Shown: positions 8,189-18,906 of the stretch, piece by piece
Layout of the letters: every line of letters starts with the position of its first letter
Position numbering within the stretch: position 1 is the first letter of the stretch
DNA from: a virus
Lineage: Duplodnaviria; Caudoviricetes
IMG/VR virus record: IMGVR_UViG_3300011336_000270
Coordinates: 1 to 52,320 of that record
Direction: 5' to 3' (one strand)
Length of the DNA: 52,320 nt
Translations under genes and position numbers: made by a program
The notes under the pieces: model-generated
Seen by the model: only the letters and a program-made list of their open reading frames with translations
Told to the model about the DNA's origin: nothing
The model's database searches: none

Positions 8189-8917
8189 TGTCTTGGTTCT
8201 TTCGTTAATGCTTCGCTTGCTTCCCATCCACGATGCAACCGCATTCTTACCATGTTTGGAGATATGCTTAAATTGTCGCACCATTCTGCCATTGTTTTTG
8301 TTTGTCCGTTCATTGTTATGTTTCGATTGTTTGACCTATTCCTTGCTTGGGTTTGGATGTCAGCCCATCTGCAGTTATCCTTGTTGTAGTTTCCATCGTT
8401 GTTGATTCTATCTATTTGATGTCCTTCTGGACAATCTCCCATGTCTTTTAAGAAGCCGACGAAAGTTTTCCATTCATCGCACACTTGTATTCCACGGCCA
8501 CCGTATCTTGGATACTTGTGATTGTTTGGATTCGTGCATCTCTGAATCATTCCTTTCCAGCTTCTGTATGTCTGCGTGTTGCATCTGTTGTGCTTTGCTC
8601 TTTCCTTTATCTTTTGGACTCTATTGCATCCGCAAGATTCAGTTCCGATCCGAAGCGATTGCGAACATATAATTTTTGTGTTTCCGCAATCACAGCGACA
8701 AACCCACTTTGCTGGGCTTCTGTTTGTTCCCGCTGAATGCAGGGAAATCACTATTAGTTTCCCCTGTTTTATCCCGATCCAGTTCTTGCGTGTTGTTTTT
8801 CTTTGGCCTTCCGCCAAGTTTTCCATTGGCTCGACTTGCGCTTGCTTTGGCTCCTCCGCTGACTTTTCCGCCACGCTTTCCGATGCTTGATAGGTATTGT
8901 TGAATATGCTCATTCAT
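8179..8917 (-). CDS. HNH homing endonuclease, probably one gene with a +1 frameshift at about 8796-8800 joining an N-terminal NGKLGGRP segment
   Basis: WVCRCDCG, TYRSWKGMIQRC, YGGRGIQVCDEW and IDRINNDGNY...NCRWA motifs; overlapping ORF 8690..8917 supplies the ASRANGKLGGRPKK N-terminus. Confidence 0.75.
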
Positions 8918-8930
8918 ACAATAAACCTAA

Positions 8931-9017
8931 TCAGCTTGGGATTGTCAACTGGTTTTTCATCGCGGATAGGATCGTGTGCCTAGCCTCTCCGTTTATGTCA
9001 TACCAATGTTCGCTCAT
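8931..9017 (-). pseudogene. Orphaned N-terminal remnant of the exonuclease gene (28 aa)
   Basis: Translates MSEHWYDINGEARHTILSAMKNQLTIPS*, versus exonuclease N-terminus MALEGNHWYDAAGEPRHTILSAK. Confidence 0.8.
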
Positions 9018-9130
9018 GGTCGTTCGTTATTTTCATCTTGCCAATCTAGGTCTTCGCATCTGCGGAGGAATTGTTCGTAGTGCTCCTCTTCGATCTCATT
9101 GGATAGATCGTATTCTGGTTCGTCAGTCAT
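9014..9130 (-). CDS. Small acidic protein (38 aa)
   Basis: MTDEPEYDLSNEIEEEHYEQFLRRCEDLDWQDENNERP; ATGA overlaps at both ends. Confidence 0.6.
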   Translation of the reverse strand: MTDEPEYDLSNEIEEEHYEQFLRRCEDLDWQDENNERP

Positions 9131-9714
9131 TTTGATTCCTCCAAACTTTTTGCCTTTTGAATCGCGTCAGCGGCTTGGCGCATGGCATCAATCGACCACG
9201 ACTCACCGGATTGCCCGAGTCCGTAAGCGACAAGATCATTCAGCTCGCGGCAAATTTTCCTCGCCTCGTCGCGCTCAACCTCAGCTCGTGCAGCCATTTC
9301 GACAGCGCATCGCCATTTATTATCCCAGCCAATTGCCTCCCTTTCATCGGCAAGAACTTGCCGAGCATCTGTCAGGAGTTTCCGCAATACGGGAACGCAC
9401 CCACAATGCCGTTCGTCGGGATGGGCGGCTTCAACATGAGCCGCTGCATTCTCCCAATCCTCCAAAGCCTCCCGCGCCTCGTCGCGTTCGCGGATCGCCT
9501 TTTCTTTTTCAGAAACAGCTTTCTCCGCGCCTATATTTTCTGCAATTGATCTGTATTCTTCTAATTCTTTCAGAGCCTCGTCGCGCTCGCGTTCAAATCG
9601 ACGACAGATGTCAGTAGGCACCCACGCCTTACTCCCGCAAACCGATTGGAATTTTACGGAAAACGCATCCGTCTCTGGTGTGGGTCGATCGCTCATTTTT
9701 AGACTGTCGTTCAT
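9127..9714 (-). CDS. Hypothetical protein with a TPETDA motif and ERDEA coiled-coil repeats
   Basis: RPTPETDA plus repeated ERDEA; paralogous modules at 47925 and 48601. Confidence 0.75.
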   Translation of the reverse strand: MNDSLKMSDRPTPETDAFSVKFQSVCGSKAWVPTDICRRFERERDEALKELEEYRSIAENIGAEKAVSEKEKAIRERDEAREALEDWENAAAHVEAAHPDERHCGCVPVLRKLLTDARQVLADEREAIGWDNKWRCAVEMAARAEVERDEARKICRELNDLVAYGLGQSGESWSIDAMRQAADAIQKAKSLEESK

Positions 9715-9908
9715 TTCGTTTCCCAAACTGAGGTTATGATCTCGCTCACACCGCGAAGGTGCTTGGCGATTTCGAGTGCTTGGTTTGCATCACGGAGTTC
9801 TCCTCGGTTGAATTGACCTTGGACTGCGACTGCCTCGATCAAGCGAAGGTAAACTTCTTCTTGGATGGAGGCCGATTTGACTGCTGGTTTTGTTGGTTCT
9901 TTGCTCAT
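9711..9908 (-). CDS. Hypothetical protein, first gene of the leftward recombination operon
   Basis: ATG 9908 lies downstream of a TTGACC -35 hexamer (9947-9942). Confidence 0.65.
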   Translation of the reverse strand: MSKEPTKPAVKSASIQEEVYLRLIEAVAVQGQFNRGELRDANQALEIAKHLRGVSEIITSVWETK

Positions 9909-10087
9909 GGCGGATGGCATAAGACAACAAATCTGTTGCGCGGTCAATAGTTTTTTTAAAGAAAATTATCGGTAACGATAAAAAGAAAAGGGAGCCAATT
10001 TCTCAGCCCCCTTTTCAGACACATGATAACCAGAAACCGCAGCGAGTCCGCTTTGGTAGAGCCAGACTACATCAGCCTCTGCGGGTG

Positions 10088-13000
10088 TCAAGGAGTTTTT
10101 GAAATGTCAGTCAGAACTTTCGGCATTTCTTTTCCAATCGCCCTGATTTCTTTGATCGGAACTTTATTCTCGTTGAGCTTTGATCGGCGCAAAACTTCAT
10201 CGCTGACTTGGTATGGAACATAGCATCCTTTGCTGATTGCAATGGCTTCTTTCTTGCTGATTCCAATATCAGTCATCAGTCGGATAGCCTCTGCTGGACT
10301 GGCTCCAGCCCTACGAACTGCCATGTAGTCACGATACATATCATTCCAGATTTCGTAGCGAGTCTGCTCTGATCTGCGATAGGCATCTACCTGTTCTTGC
10401 TCATCCACTCTGCGTCTGCGGGTGGCAACATCTCGGAAGATACGCTCAGATTCGTTTGCTGCTCTGCTGAATTCCCAAGCCTTGTTGGAGAATGCAGCCT
10501 TCATGTCAAGAGTCTCGAAACGAATACCAGTCAACTCAGCCGCGATCTCTTTTGCTGGAGCGGGAGCGCGGGTTCCGACAGTCTCACCTTGAATTGCAGG
10601 AATGATTCTCTCACGCAATCTAGTAATGGTTCCCGGTGTGAATGTCTTTCCAAAGATGTGCAACATGATCTTGCTCGTCTTGGTTGTGATGTCATCCTGC
10701 GGGTTGTAGACTTGCTTTCCAGTTTCGGTGCGGTTCCTCATCGCATCGGCGATAGTAGCCGTGACAGGTTGCTCGCTTGAGAACGGAGATAAGAATGAAC
10801 CTAGTGCCTGCGCGGCGATCTCCTCTGGCTTATCTCCCTTGGCAAATCCAGACATCATAGCAATGAACGGATCGGTCATCGCATTGTATGGATTGATGTA
10901 GGAGACATTGATGAAATTGTATGTCCCGTCTTTTGACTTCGGCATCCAAGCAAGTGATGCGTCTTTAGCCCAAGGCGGCAGCATTCGGCGAACATCTTCC
11001 TCTTCTTCATCGCCGATTCCAGATGCAAGTTTACTGAGAAGGTTAATGCCAAATGCCCCCATAGATAGGGTTGTCATGGCTCCAGCGAGTCTCTTGATGC
11101 CTTCCGCCTTATGCTCTGGAGTTGGCCCATTGATGTCCTCGAAAGCATATCGCAAGTTGTGGAACGATGTGCGGAATGTCTCGTAGAAGAAGGTAGCGAA
11201 CGGCCCAACGAATGGTTGTCGGCGGAACAAGCGAAGAGCTTCGGAAGACTGAGAGTAGGTTGGGTAAGTGTCCCGTGTTCTCTCTGCTGCGATGGACTGA
11301 GCGGTTTGTTTGTCCATGCCTTTGTTCATGCGCTGGATTCGCTTCGTCTCATTCAACCATCCTACTAGTTTACCGAACTCGTCTGTCTTCTGGTAAAGTT
11401 CTTGGGCAGACTTAACGCCCTTTAGATACATACGAGTCAGAACGAATTGCTTTGTGAATTCATCTGGCCCGATGTCATCGAATGTCTCCAGCCCGACATC
11501 TTGGAATGCCGTGCGGAGTTCTCCAGCGTAAGCATTCTCGTTTACCAGCCCTTGCCCTGCGGCTAGCTTTACCAACTCCCGCTTGGCATCTTCTTGTGAA
11601 ATACCTTTCTCTTTTGCTATAGCGTCAATCTCTTGGCGGATTACGCGCCAGTTGTAGTGACCATTGAATACAAAGAACGCTGGCTGACCTAGCATATTTC
11701 TCATCTGAGTGAGAACAGAGCCAACAGTCAGATTTAGTTTTCCGACTGCGTTCAACCAAGCTAGGACATAAAGACCGGGGTTTTCTCTAGCGTCATATCC
11801 CTTACCGAACTCCTCGAAAGCCTTGGCGATCTCTGGTGTAGTGCGGAGTCCATTGAGCGGAGACATCGTGCGTGATTCCTCTGCTGCGATCTGAGTATTG
11901 AATCCTTTTGGCGCGTCCTTTTCTGTGAACAAGAACTCACCAGTCCCTTTAGCCTTTACCTCATTCAAGAACTTCTGGTCTGAGACAAACCTAGAAATCT
12001 TGCCGATAGTATTAGCGTAATTGAAAATAACATTGGTATTCTCGCCCATCACTTCGCGTAGAACCTTTGGCACTTTCGCCCTCTCCATCATTACAGTTAG
12101 GTCTTTTGCCCCTAGCTTTCCTCCGCGCTTGCGAAGCCCTTCAGCATCACTTGCCCAGTCGTTGAGCATATTGCGAAGCTCACGATCTGCTATCTCGATA
12201 GTAGCTTCTGGGTCGTTCTTGAGTTGCTGTTGATACAAGAAGTTCCTAGCGGCGGTTAGCTTCTCGGTTGGAATCTTGTTTATCCAGTTCTTGTCTGTGA
12301 AAATCTTATAGCTACGGGTCAGATATACGCCAAGATTTTCGGAAATCTTAGCGGACAATTCATCTGGCAATACATTGAGATCAACCAACTGCCTAGACAT
12401 GGCGTCAATGTGTTGCCTCATGCGGGTCAATGGCTCACGCACGGGTTCTGGCATGGTATTTATATCAATCTTACCAGCCAACGCATCGTTTAGTTGCTGA
12501 ACAAACTCTGGCGGAACAGAGACAAGACCTTTCGCAATCATCTCCATCTTTGAAATACCAAATACTTCGCTGATGCCAGCATACAAATCCTTGATAGCAA
12601 ACTCAGCTTCCTTCTGCTCCCTAGATAGAGCTGCGTTTCGTTTAACCCAAGATTGGAATACTGCCTTTGGTAGCCAGCCTTCTTTAGTAAAGTATTTGCG
12701 AAGGTTCTTCTCTGCAAATTCTGCTACGGGATTCTTTGGCGCGAAGGCTAGTGGCTTAACCTTCTTCTGCTTCATCTTGTTTAGGATGGCAGTATCTGCG
12801 CGGAGTTTGTATTTGCGGACATCGTAATTAGAAATGCCTAGCTCTTTAGCTACCTGATCCTCGGTCTTGCCTTCGTTGACTAGCTTATTGAAGACATCAA
12901 AGACTGTGGTTCCAGCCTCCTTCACGGCAGAATCAACTAGGCTTTCTTGCTCTTGAGCCTGCTGGACTAGCTGCTGCGTTTGCTCATCTGGAGTAACGGG

Positions 13001-16000
13001 ATCGGTTATCGGTTTCTGTGGAGCTTGTTTTGCTGGCTTCTTGGGTGGCTCCTCGCCTCTGCCAAATGTCACCGCGCCTCGCTCACCCTTACCGGGGAGG
13101 TAGCCTGCCATCTCTTCTAGCTTCGCAGGGAACCCACTCACCGCTTCCCATACATCAGCGAGGAACTGGCGCACCGCATCACCGAACCTTTGCACCATCT
13201 GCTTGGCCCAAGACCCGAACTCCATCCCTGCCTCGTAGATGTTCTGCCCTGCTTGGATCAAGTCTTCCCGTGATGGGATTAGGACGCCACCTGCTTCCCT
13301 TTTGCGCTTAGATGGCGTCAATGGGGCCGCTCTATTTACTTCTTTGTTTTTGAATCGCAGGAATGGATCAACATTTGATTCAATGTAATATGCTGGATTT
13401 TCAATTACATCTTGCTTAAATTCATTTGCTGGCACAGACATGAGATCGTCAATAATTCCCTCATATCTTTGCGCCATTTCTTCACGCCCAGCCTTGCGTT
13501 CTACATCAGCTTTCTTTTTGTATCTTCCGACTTCTTTATCTCGCTCGCGCAATGCTTCGTCAGCAAATTTAATAGCTTCTGCATTACCTTCGGGTGCTGC
13601 TGGCGTTATCGTTTCCGATACTGCGGGGGCTTTAGATAGTATTGTTCTGTCGTAAGCATTAACTAATTCAGTTTCATCACTTGAAATTTTTTCTCTAATT
13701 CTATTTCGGGCTGCGATGGCATTTGCTTTTCCCGCTGATCCACCAATAGCCTCACCTAATGATGCGTAGTTCTGCAATTCTTTCAGTGATCCTTCATATT
13801 GAATTATTGCTCTATCAAGAATTTCGTTATCACCATAAGCAGCTAAAGCATTTTTTATTTTTTCTTTCTTATTTTTTTTGTTTTGTGTTGAAATTTTTCT
13901 TTCTTCCAACAAAGATCGCAATGTATTTTCAATTTGAAGTGGCGTTTGGATTTCCACATCATCCATTACTCGCTTTATTTCAGCATTAGTAATTTTTGAT
14001 GTTTTTTTTCTGGCGGAAAGGTAGCTGGCTTTCAAGCCAAAAAGAGGTGTGTTTTTCCTAACGAGTTTAGAAAAGTTTGGAATCTTATCTATTTCAGCAA
14101 GTGTTTCTGGAGGGACAATCGAAAGAACTTGTTCTTCAATAGTAGGCGCAACCTCTTCGGCGGGTGCTTCTGTTACAGCAGGAGTCTCGGCTACGGGGGC
14201 TTGATATACATAGACATCGCCTTGCTTGGTGTAGCCTTCAGGGAGCGGGACATTATTAGATTCTACAACTGCGGCAGATACTGGTTGAGGGCTTACATCT
14301 TTGATAAATCCTTCAGATTGGAACGCTGGGCCTGTTCTGACTCTGCCATTTTCTAATGTGTAGAATGTTCCTTTCTGTGAAACCTTAATATCATTACCCT
14401 GTATATCCTTCCATACAATAGGGTCAGCTTCTGGGGTTATTGTTTCGAGTAGCTGGGAGCGATACTTTGGCAGCAATTCATTATATCTTGCCTCGTCTTT
14501 TTTAGAAAACTTGACTCCCTTCACTTTGCCTTGCGCTTGTCCTCGCCTTTCCATCAAGTTCCTTAGTTCAGCGAACTCAACTTCCTCTACAGGCGCAGGC
14601 TTGACAGCGGGAGCCTCGGCGACTGGTGGTGCTGGCCTGCGTCGGACTCCTCCAAACGCATCATACACACCTGTCTCCCCACCATATACCATCCCAGCTT
14701 CTTGCTCTGCAATGCTTGGGATTGTCGGCCTCGCGAGTTCTTTTGGCAGCCTAGCTGGCTTCCTAGTTGCCGCGCCAAATACATCAAACACCCCCGGCTC
14801 TCCTCCGTATGCGGCCTCGGCGGTCTGCTCCTCAATGCTTGGCATCGCTGGAAGCCTTACTTTCTTTTCGGCGGGTGCAGCAATCTCTTTGGCTAACTCA
14901 ATCTGCTGTTGCTCGGCGGTAGTTATCGGTAACGATAATCCAGTAGGCAGAGTCTCGTTGATCTTGGTAATCTCATCGGTGTTATCAACGATAGTTTGCT
15001 GGGCAGCCTTCCCTTCTTCAGACTCAACTCCAAACTTGTTGATGATAGCTAGAGAATCTTTGTTCTCTTGCTCTAGGATATTTGCTTTATCTAAATTAGC
15101 GCGAACTTCTGGATCATCTACAGGAATGGAAAGATCACGGGATTCAAGGTCAGCTTCTTTCTCGATGTCCACTTGTTCTTTCTGAAGCGGACTCATCACG
15201 ATAGTCGCACCACCAGCAGATACGCCACCGATCAATGCTTCGCCTAGCGCGGCCTTGGGTTGAATCTCTAGTCCCTTCTCTGTGAGAATAGTTTCGCCTG
15301 TTTGCTGGGCTAGTGCTTGCGCCCCTTCGGTAGCTCCCTCGCCAAGGAAGGATGCCGCGATTCTTTTGGTCAAAGCACCAACTGCCTTCTCTCCACCGGG
15401 AAGATACTTCGTTCCAATAGCATTCAGCGCACCGCTAGTCCCTGCTGTAGTCCAAGCATAGGCCAAGTCTTCGCTATTCGGGATTTCTCTACCATTGTTC
15501 TTGGCTCGTTCTTGGGCGACTGGGCCGACGATCTGTGCAGCCTCAAACAATGCTGGGCCAGTAAACATACCAATACCTGCACCAACTGCGGTTCCAGCAC
15601 CGGGAACTACTGAGCCAGCAGCCCCGCCAATGACTCCGCCAGCAGCCCTAGATGCGACACTACCTGCTAGTTGTCCGACCTGTTCAACGATAGCGCGAGG
15701 TAGATATTGGAAGGCAAATCCTCCGAGTTGAGCTTCGCCAGCTTGTGGTTCCATGAATCTCTGTGCCGCTGGAACATAGCCTTCTGGTTGTTCTACTGCG
15801 CCTTTAAGTGCAGCACCAACTGCTGGCATACCAAGAGTCTCGGCGGTAACGCCCATCGCTTGCAATGGTTGAGCGATGCCAGATTTAAGCGCGGCTCCAA
15901 GCTGAGATACTTCTTGTTCTACCGAAGTTCCTGCTGGTTCTTCAACAAGTTCAAATGGAAGATTGGGATCAAAGCCAACCTCCTCAACTTCCTCGAAAGG

Positions 16001-16021
16001 TTGATTCGGATCAAAAGCCAT
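10088..16021 (-). CDS. Large internal virion / DNA ejection protein (1977 aa)
   Basis: Last gene of the virion operon; N-terminal FDPNxPFE repeats, a Gly/Ala-rich membrane-like region and a long helical C-terminus typical of podovirus ejection proteins. Confidence 0.75.
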   Translation of the reverse strand: MAFDPNQPFEEVEEVGFDPNLPFELVEEPAGTSVEQEVSQLGAALKSGIAQPLQAMGVTAETLGMPAVGAALKGAVEQPEGYVPAAQRFMEPQAGEAQLGGFAFQYLPRAIVEQVGQLAGSVASRAAGGVIGGAAGSVVPGAGTAVGAGIGMFTGPALFEAAQIVGPVAQERAKNNGREIPNSEDLAYAWTTAGTSGALNAIGTKYLPGGEKAVGALTKRIAASFLGEGATEGAQALAQQTGETILTEKGLEIQPKAALGEALIGGVSAGGATIVMSPLQKEQVDIEKEADLESRDLSIPVDDPEVRANLDKANILEQENKDSLAIINKFGVESEEGKAAQQTIVDNTDEITKINETLPTGLSLPITTAEQQQIELAKEIAAPAEKKVRLPAMPSIEEQTAEAAYGGEPGVFDVFGAATRKPARLPKELARPTIPSIAEQEAGMVYGGETGVYDAFGGVRRRPAPPVAEAPAVKPAPVEEVEFAELRNLMERRGQAQGKVKGVKFSKKDEARYNELLPKYRSQLLETITPEADPIVWKDIQGNDIKVSQKGTFYTLENGRVRTGPAFQSEGFIKDVSPQPVSAAVVESNNVPLPEGYTKQGDVYVYQAPVAETPAVTEAPAEEVAPTIEEQVLSIVPPETLAEIDKIPNFSKLVRKNTPLFGLKASYLSARKKTSKITNAEIKRVMDDVEIQTPLQIENTLRSLLEERKISTQNKKNKKEKIKNALAAYGDNEILDRAIIQYEGSLKELQNYASLGEAIGGSAGKANAIAARNRIREKISSDETELVNAYDRTILSKAPAVSETITPAAPEGNAEAIKFADEALRERDKEVGRYKKKADVERKAGREEMAQRYEGIIDDLMSVPANEFKQDVIENPAYYIESNVDPFLRFKNKEVNRAAPLTPSKRKREAGGVLIPSREDLIQAGQNIYEAGMEFGSWAKQMVQRFGDAVRQFLADVWEAVSGFPAKLEEMAGYLPGKGERGAVTFGRGEEPPKKPAKQAPQKPITDPVTPDEQTQQLVQQAQEQESLVDSAVKEAGTTVFDVFNKLVNEGKTEDQVAKELGISNYDVRKYKLRADTAILNKMKQKKVKPLAFAPKNPVAEFAEKNLRKYFTKEGWLPKAVFQSWVKRNAALSREQKEAEFAIKDLYAGISEVFGISKMEMIAKGLVSVPPEFVQQLNDALAGKIDINTMPEPVREPLTRMRQHIDAMSRQLVDLNVLPDELSAKISENLGVYLTRSYKIFTDKNWINKIPTEKLTAARNFLYQQQLKNDPEATIEIADRELRNMLNDWASDAEGLRKRGGKLGAKDLTVMMERAKVPKVLREVMGENTNVIFNYANTIGKISRFVSDQKFLNEVKAKGTGEFLFTEKDAPKGFNTQIAAEESRTMSPLNGLRTTPEIAKAFEEFGKGYDARENPGLYVLAWLNAVGKLNLTVGSVLTQMRNMLGQPAFFVFNGHYNWRVIRQEIDAIAKEKGISQEDAKRELVKLAAGQGLVNENAYAGELRTAFQDVGLETFDDIGPDEFTKQFVLTRMYLKGVKSAQELYQKTDEFGKLVGWLNETKRIQRMNKGMDKQTAQSIAAERTRDTYPTYSQSSEALRLFRRQPFVGPFATFFYETFRTSFHNLRYAFEDINGPTPEHKAEGIKRLAGAMTTLSMGAFGINLLSKLASGIGDEEEEDVRRMLPPWAKDASLAWMPKSKDGTYNFINVSYINPYNAMTDPFIAMMSGFAKGDKPEEIAAQALGSFLSPFSSEQPVTATIADAMRNRTETGKQVYNPQDDITTKTSKIMLHIFGKTFTPGTITRLRERIIPAIQGETVGTRAPAPAKEIAAELTGIRFETLDMKAAFSNKAWEFSRAANESERIFRDVATRRRRVDEQEQVDAYRRSEQTRYEIWNDMYRDYMAVRRAGASPAEAIRLMTDIGISKKEAIAISKGCYVPYQVSDEVLRRSKLNENKVPIKEIRAIGKEMPKVLTDISKTP

Positions 16022-16024
16022 GAC

Positions 16025-17416
16025 TCAATCTATAGCTACAAATTTACCTTGTGTATATCTATATTTTTTACCGCCCTGACTATACACCTTGCCTTCGGTA
16101 AATTTTCCAGTAGATGGTTGCATCGCAGGCATTCCCTTCGCCGCTTCGGCGGTTGGGCCTTTGCCTACTGGTCGCTGGACTGCAACCAATGATGCGGTTG
16201 CTCCGCGACTAGACAAGCGTTGCAATTCAGATGGGACTGTCTTTAGAATATCAAATGCTTTAACTTGAGAGTCATCAAGAACTTTGATTCTGTTATCTGG
16301 ATTGTTCTTATCAATCAGATAGGTTGCTTTCTGTTCTTTAATCTGACCGAATTCATCTTCGATTTGCTCTTGGATAACATCCTTTTCAACATTGAAGATG
16401 CCTCCAGTATTTGAGATAAAGTTTCCAATCTTGCCTTGATTCAATTCGGAAACAGCGCCGGATACATTGCCTTCAAACTTTCTCAAATCTTCAGCATTGG
16501 TTCCATAGGAAATAGATTGCGATTTACCGATGGTTGTTCCCTTGGCTTCAACTGAAGGCTTCAGAATCATTCCTTCATACTGCTTACCAAGAATCCTGTC
16601 AGCACCTTCGATTCTGTAGAAATCTTTCCCAGCAGAGGATGCGGCTTCTTTTCTTCCCTTGAATGTAGCGGTATTGGAATCAATCACGCCTTTCTTTTCT
16701 TCATCCTTCAATGCAAAGTAATTTTGGACGGATGCTTGAACATCTTTCAGCGTGGCTTCACTAGGAGGATTTTTGGCAGCTTCAGTCAAAGCTGATTTGA
16801 ACTTTGATGATTTGGCTGCGTTAGCAATGTCAATCAAAGATGCAGATACATCAGTTGCTCCAACGCCTTCCATCTCTGGCAATGCACCCTCAAGATCAAC
16901 CATGTCAGTCTGTGCAGCGATTGGTTGACCTGTTGCTGGATCAACCTCAATAGCAGTCATGTCAGCACCCATTGCTGGAACGCCCTGCGTATCTCCAAGC
17001 AATGCGCTTTCGGCAGCTTCCTTTGGCGTCATTATTGGAAGACCGCTGACCCCTCCACCACCATACTGAGCCTTGCGTTGCTGCTGCTTCTCATACATCG
17101 TAGCGGCATTCTGGAATATATCACCAGCTTGAGCATTAGCTTGAGTTATAAAAGGATTCTGCGATGCACCAAATTGGAACTGGGCATCCATGAACTTGCG
17201 GTAGCCTTGAGTCACTTCACCAGCGGCAACATCGTCCATCGCACTCTTGTAGGCAGCTTGCATCGCTGGTAATGCTGTTGCAGCTTGCTTCTGATACTCG
17301 CGCATGGCAAGTTGCTGACCAACCTGCTGACCGAGGCGACCAAGATTCTCTGACAAGACAGACCAGTTCTTAGACTGCTGCTGCGTCCCTAGCATTATTT
17401 GTTCAGCGATGCTCAT
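16025..17416 (-). CDS. Internal virion / ejection protein
   Basis: Position between other ejection genes; Gln/Ala-rich helical protein. Confidence 0.65.
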   Translation of the reverse strand: MSIAEQIMLGTQQQSKNWSVLSENLGRLGQQVGQQLAMREYQKQAATALPAMQAAYKSAMDDVAAGEVTQGYRKFMDAQFQFGASQNPFITQANAQAGDIFQNAATMYEKQQQRKAQYGGGGVSGLPIMTPKEAAESALLGDTQGVPAMGADMTAIEVDPATGQPIAAQTDMVDLEGALPEMEGVGATDVSASLIDIANAAKSSKFKSALTEAAKNPPSEATLKDVQASVQNYFALKDEEKKGVIDSNTATFKGRKEAASSAGKDFYRIEGADRILGKQYEGMILKPSVEAKGTTIGKSQSISYGTNAEDLRKFEGNVSGAVSELNQGKIGNFISNTGGIFNVEKDVIQEQIEDEFGQIKEQKATYLIDKNNPDNRIKVLDDSQVKAFDILKTVPSELQRLSSRGATASLVAVQRPVGKGPTAEAAKGMPAMQPSTGKFTEGKVYSQGGKKYRYTQGKFVAID

Positions 17417-17422
17417 AGAATT

Positions 17423-18406
17423 TTATCCGTATAAAGAATATGCTTGATTTCCCGATGATGTTGTTATTGGGACATATCGCTTTCCTTGAAAGCCTGTAAC
17501 TGCTCCAGCCCCGCCGCCAGCCGCGGTAGCGTATTGGCTGTATGCTCCATAGCCAGCCATGCCAGCTTGGCCGACAGCTTGGCCGACATCTTGTATTCCT
17601 TGTGCTGTAGCTTGCTGGGCAGCCAAATTAGTAGCTATTCCTTCTTGCTGTCTAGCATACCCTCGTTGAGTTTGTCCAAGCTGCGCTCCGTATTGAGCTG
17701 AGAGCAGGTCTGAACGAATGCCTGCTTTCTTTAGTCCAACATCAGCCCCGCCCATTTGATAAGCCAAACTCATTCTTGATACATCAAGAGGTTGTGCCGT
17801 AAGGAAATTGCTTGCTGCCCCCACCCAACCCATCATTGTATTTTGGACTTGAGGAGCGTATTGGAATGCCATTTGTTTATATTGAATTGGAAGCATTCCA
17901 AGATTCCTAAGAAATTCGGCTTGCCCAACTTGAGGAACTCCCATTCCTTTACCTGCGGTTTGTATATTTATAGGAATGCCGCTTTCGGCAGCTGTTCTCT
18001 GAAGCCTTTGAACATCAGCTTGGCTATACTCACCCGCTGTCATTCTAGCAAGCTCTGCCAATTGCTGTCTACCTAATTCATAGGCTTCTTGACGGCCTAG
18101 TGCAGCGTTTGGGCCTAATGCGAGTTCTTGTTGTCGCCTATAAAAATCTGATATGTCTCCTGCCACAGCAATGTCTTGTCCGGGGCTAAATACTGGCATT
18201 TGTATTTGACCAAGATCAGATTCAATTTGTTGCTGCCCTCTTGTAAATCCTTTAAGGGCTTTCTTTTCTTTTCTTGCCGCTGCTTTAGCTGCTGCCCCTT
18301 GCGCCTTAGCAGCTTTGCCCGCAGCACTTGCTTGCATCCCCGCAGCGGTTGCTGCGCCAGCAACAGCAACAGCGGTAGTCCCAATAGCAACAGCAGCCAT
18401 GCTCAT
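17423..18406 (-). CDS. Internal virion / ejection protein (P22 gp7 / T7 gp14-like position)
   Basis: Ala/Gly-rich hydrophobic N-terminus and Gln-rich body. Confidence 0.65.
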   Translation of the reverse strand: MSMAAVAIGTTAVAVAGAATAAGMQASAAGKAAKAQGAAAKAAARKEKKALKGFTRGQQQIESDLGQIQMPVFSPGQDIAVAGDISDFYRRQQELALGPNAALGRQEAYELGRQQLAELARMTAGEYSQADVQRLQRTAAESGIPINIQTAGKGMGVPQVGQAEFLRNLGMLPIQYKQMAFQYAPQVQNTMMGWVGAASNFLTAQPLDVSRMSLAYQMGGADVGLKKAGIRSDLLSAQYGAQLGQTQRGYARQQEGIATNLAAQQATAQGIQDVGQAVGQAGMAGYGAYSQYATAAGGGAGAVTGFQGKRYVPITTSSGNQAYSLYG

Positions 18407-18906
18407 AGTTCAATCTCCTTCAAAATCTTTTTATTGTGTCTCCAAGTTTGTATCCGTGGATTGTCAATGTCAATCAATGGATTGTAATCCCTGCAAGTTA
18501 ATGATTCAACAATTTCATCAGGATCAGTCAAGTCAGTTATATGACAAGTAGACCAGATAGTATCTTCATGTGCAAAAAGCATACGCCTAGTTCCAGATTG
18601 CGTGATGCCTGTATATGGAGCTTTGTATCTTTGGACTGGAACATCGTGATACCAAACAGAAACATCGCCCTTCATAATAAAGAACGGGTGAGTAGTGAGA
18701 TGCATCAAGGTAGTTAGAAGCGTATCTTTTGGGATTAAGATTTCTCTGATATACATCCCCGGCGTGAACCTGTGGATCAATGGGCATTCTTGCTGCGGAT
18801 AATCCAGCATTGCCGCCTCACATTGATTCAAGAAATCCTCTGGGTCTTTGTAACCTCGGACACTTTTTGCATCAATCTTCTCTTGGATTTCAAGTGTCAT
18901 GGCCAA
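18403..18906 (-). CDS. Cupin-like protein of podovirus tail modules
   Basis: HRFTPGMYIREILIPKDTLLT...H...H...KGDVSV pattern. Confidence 0.7.
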   Translation of the reverse strand: MAMTLEIQEKIDAKSVRGYKDPEDFLNQCEAAMLDYPQQECPLIHRFTPGMYIREILIPKDTLLTTLMHLTTHPFFIMKGDVSVWYHDVPVQRYKAPYTGITQSGTRRMLFAHEDTIWSTCHITDLTDPDEIVESLTCRDYNPLIDIDNPRIQTWRHNKKILKEIEL

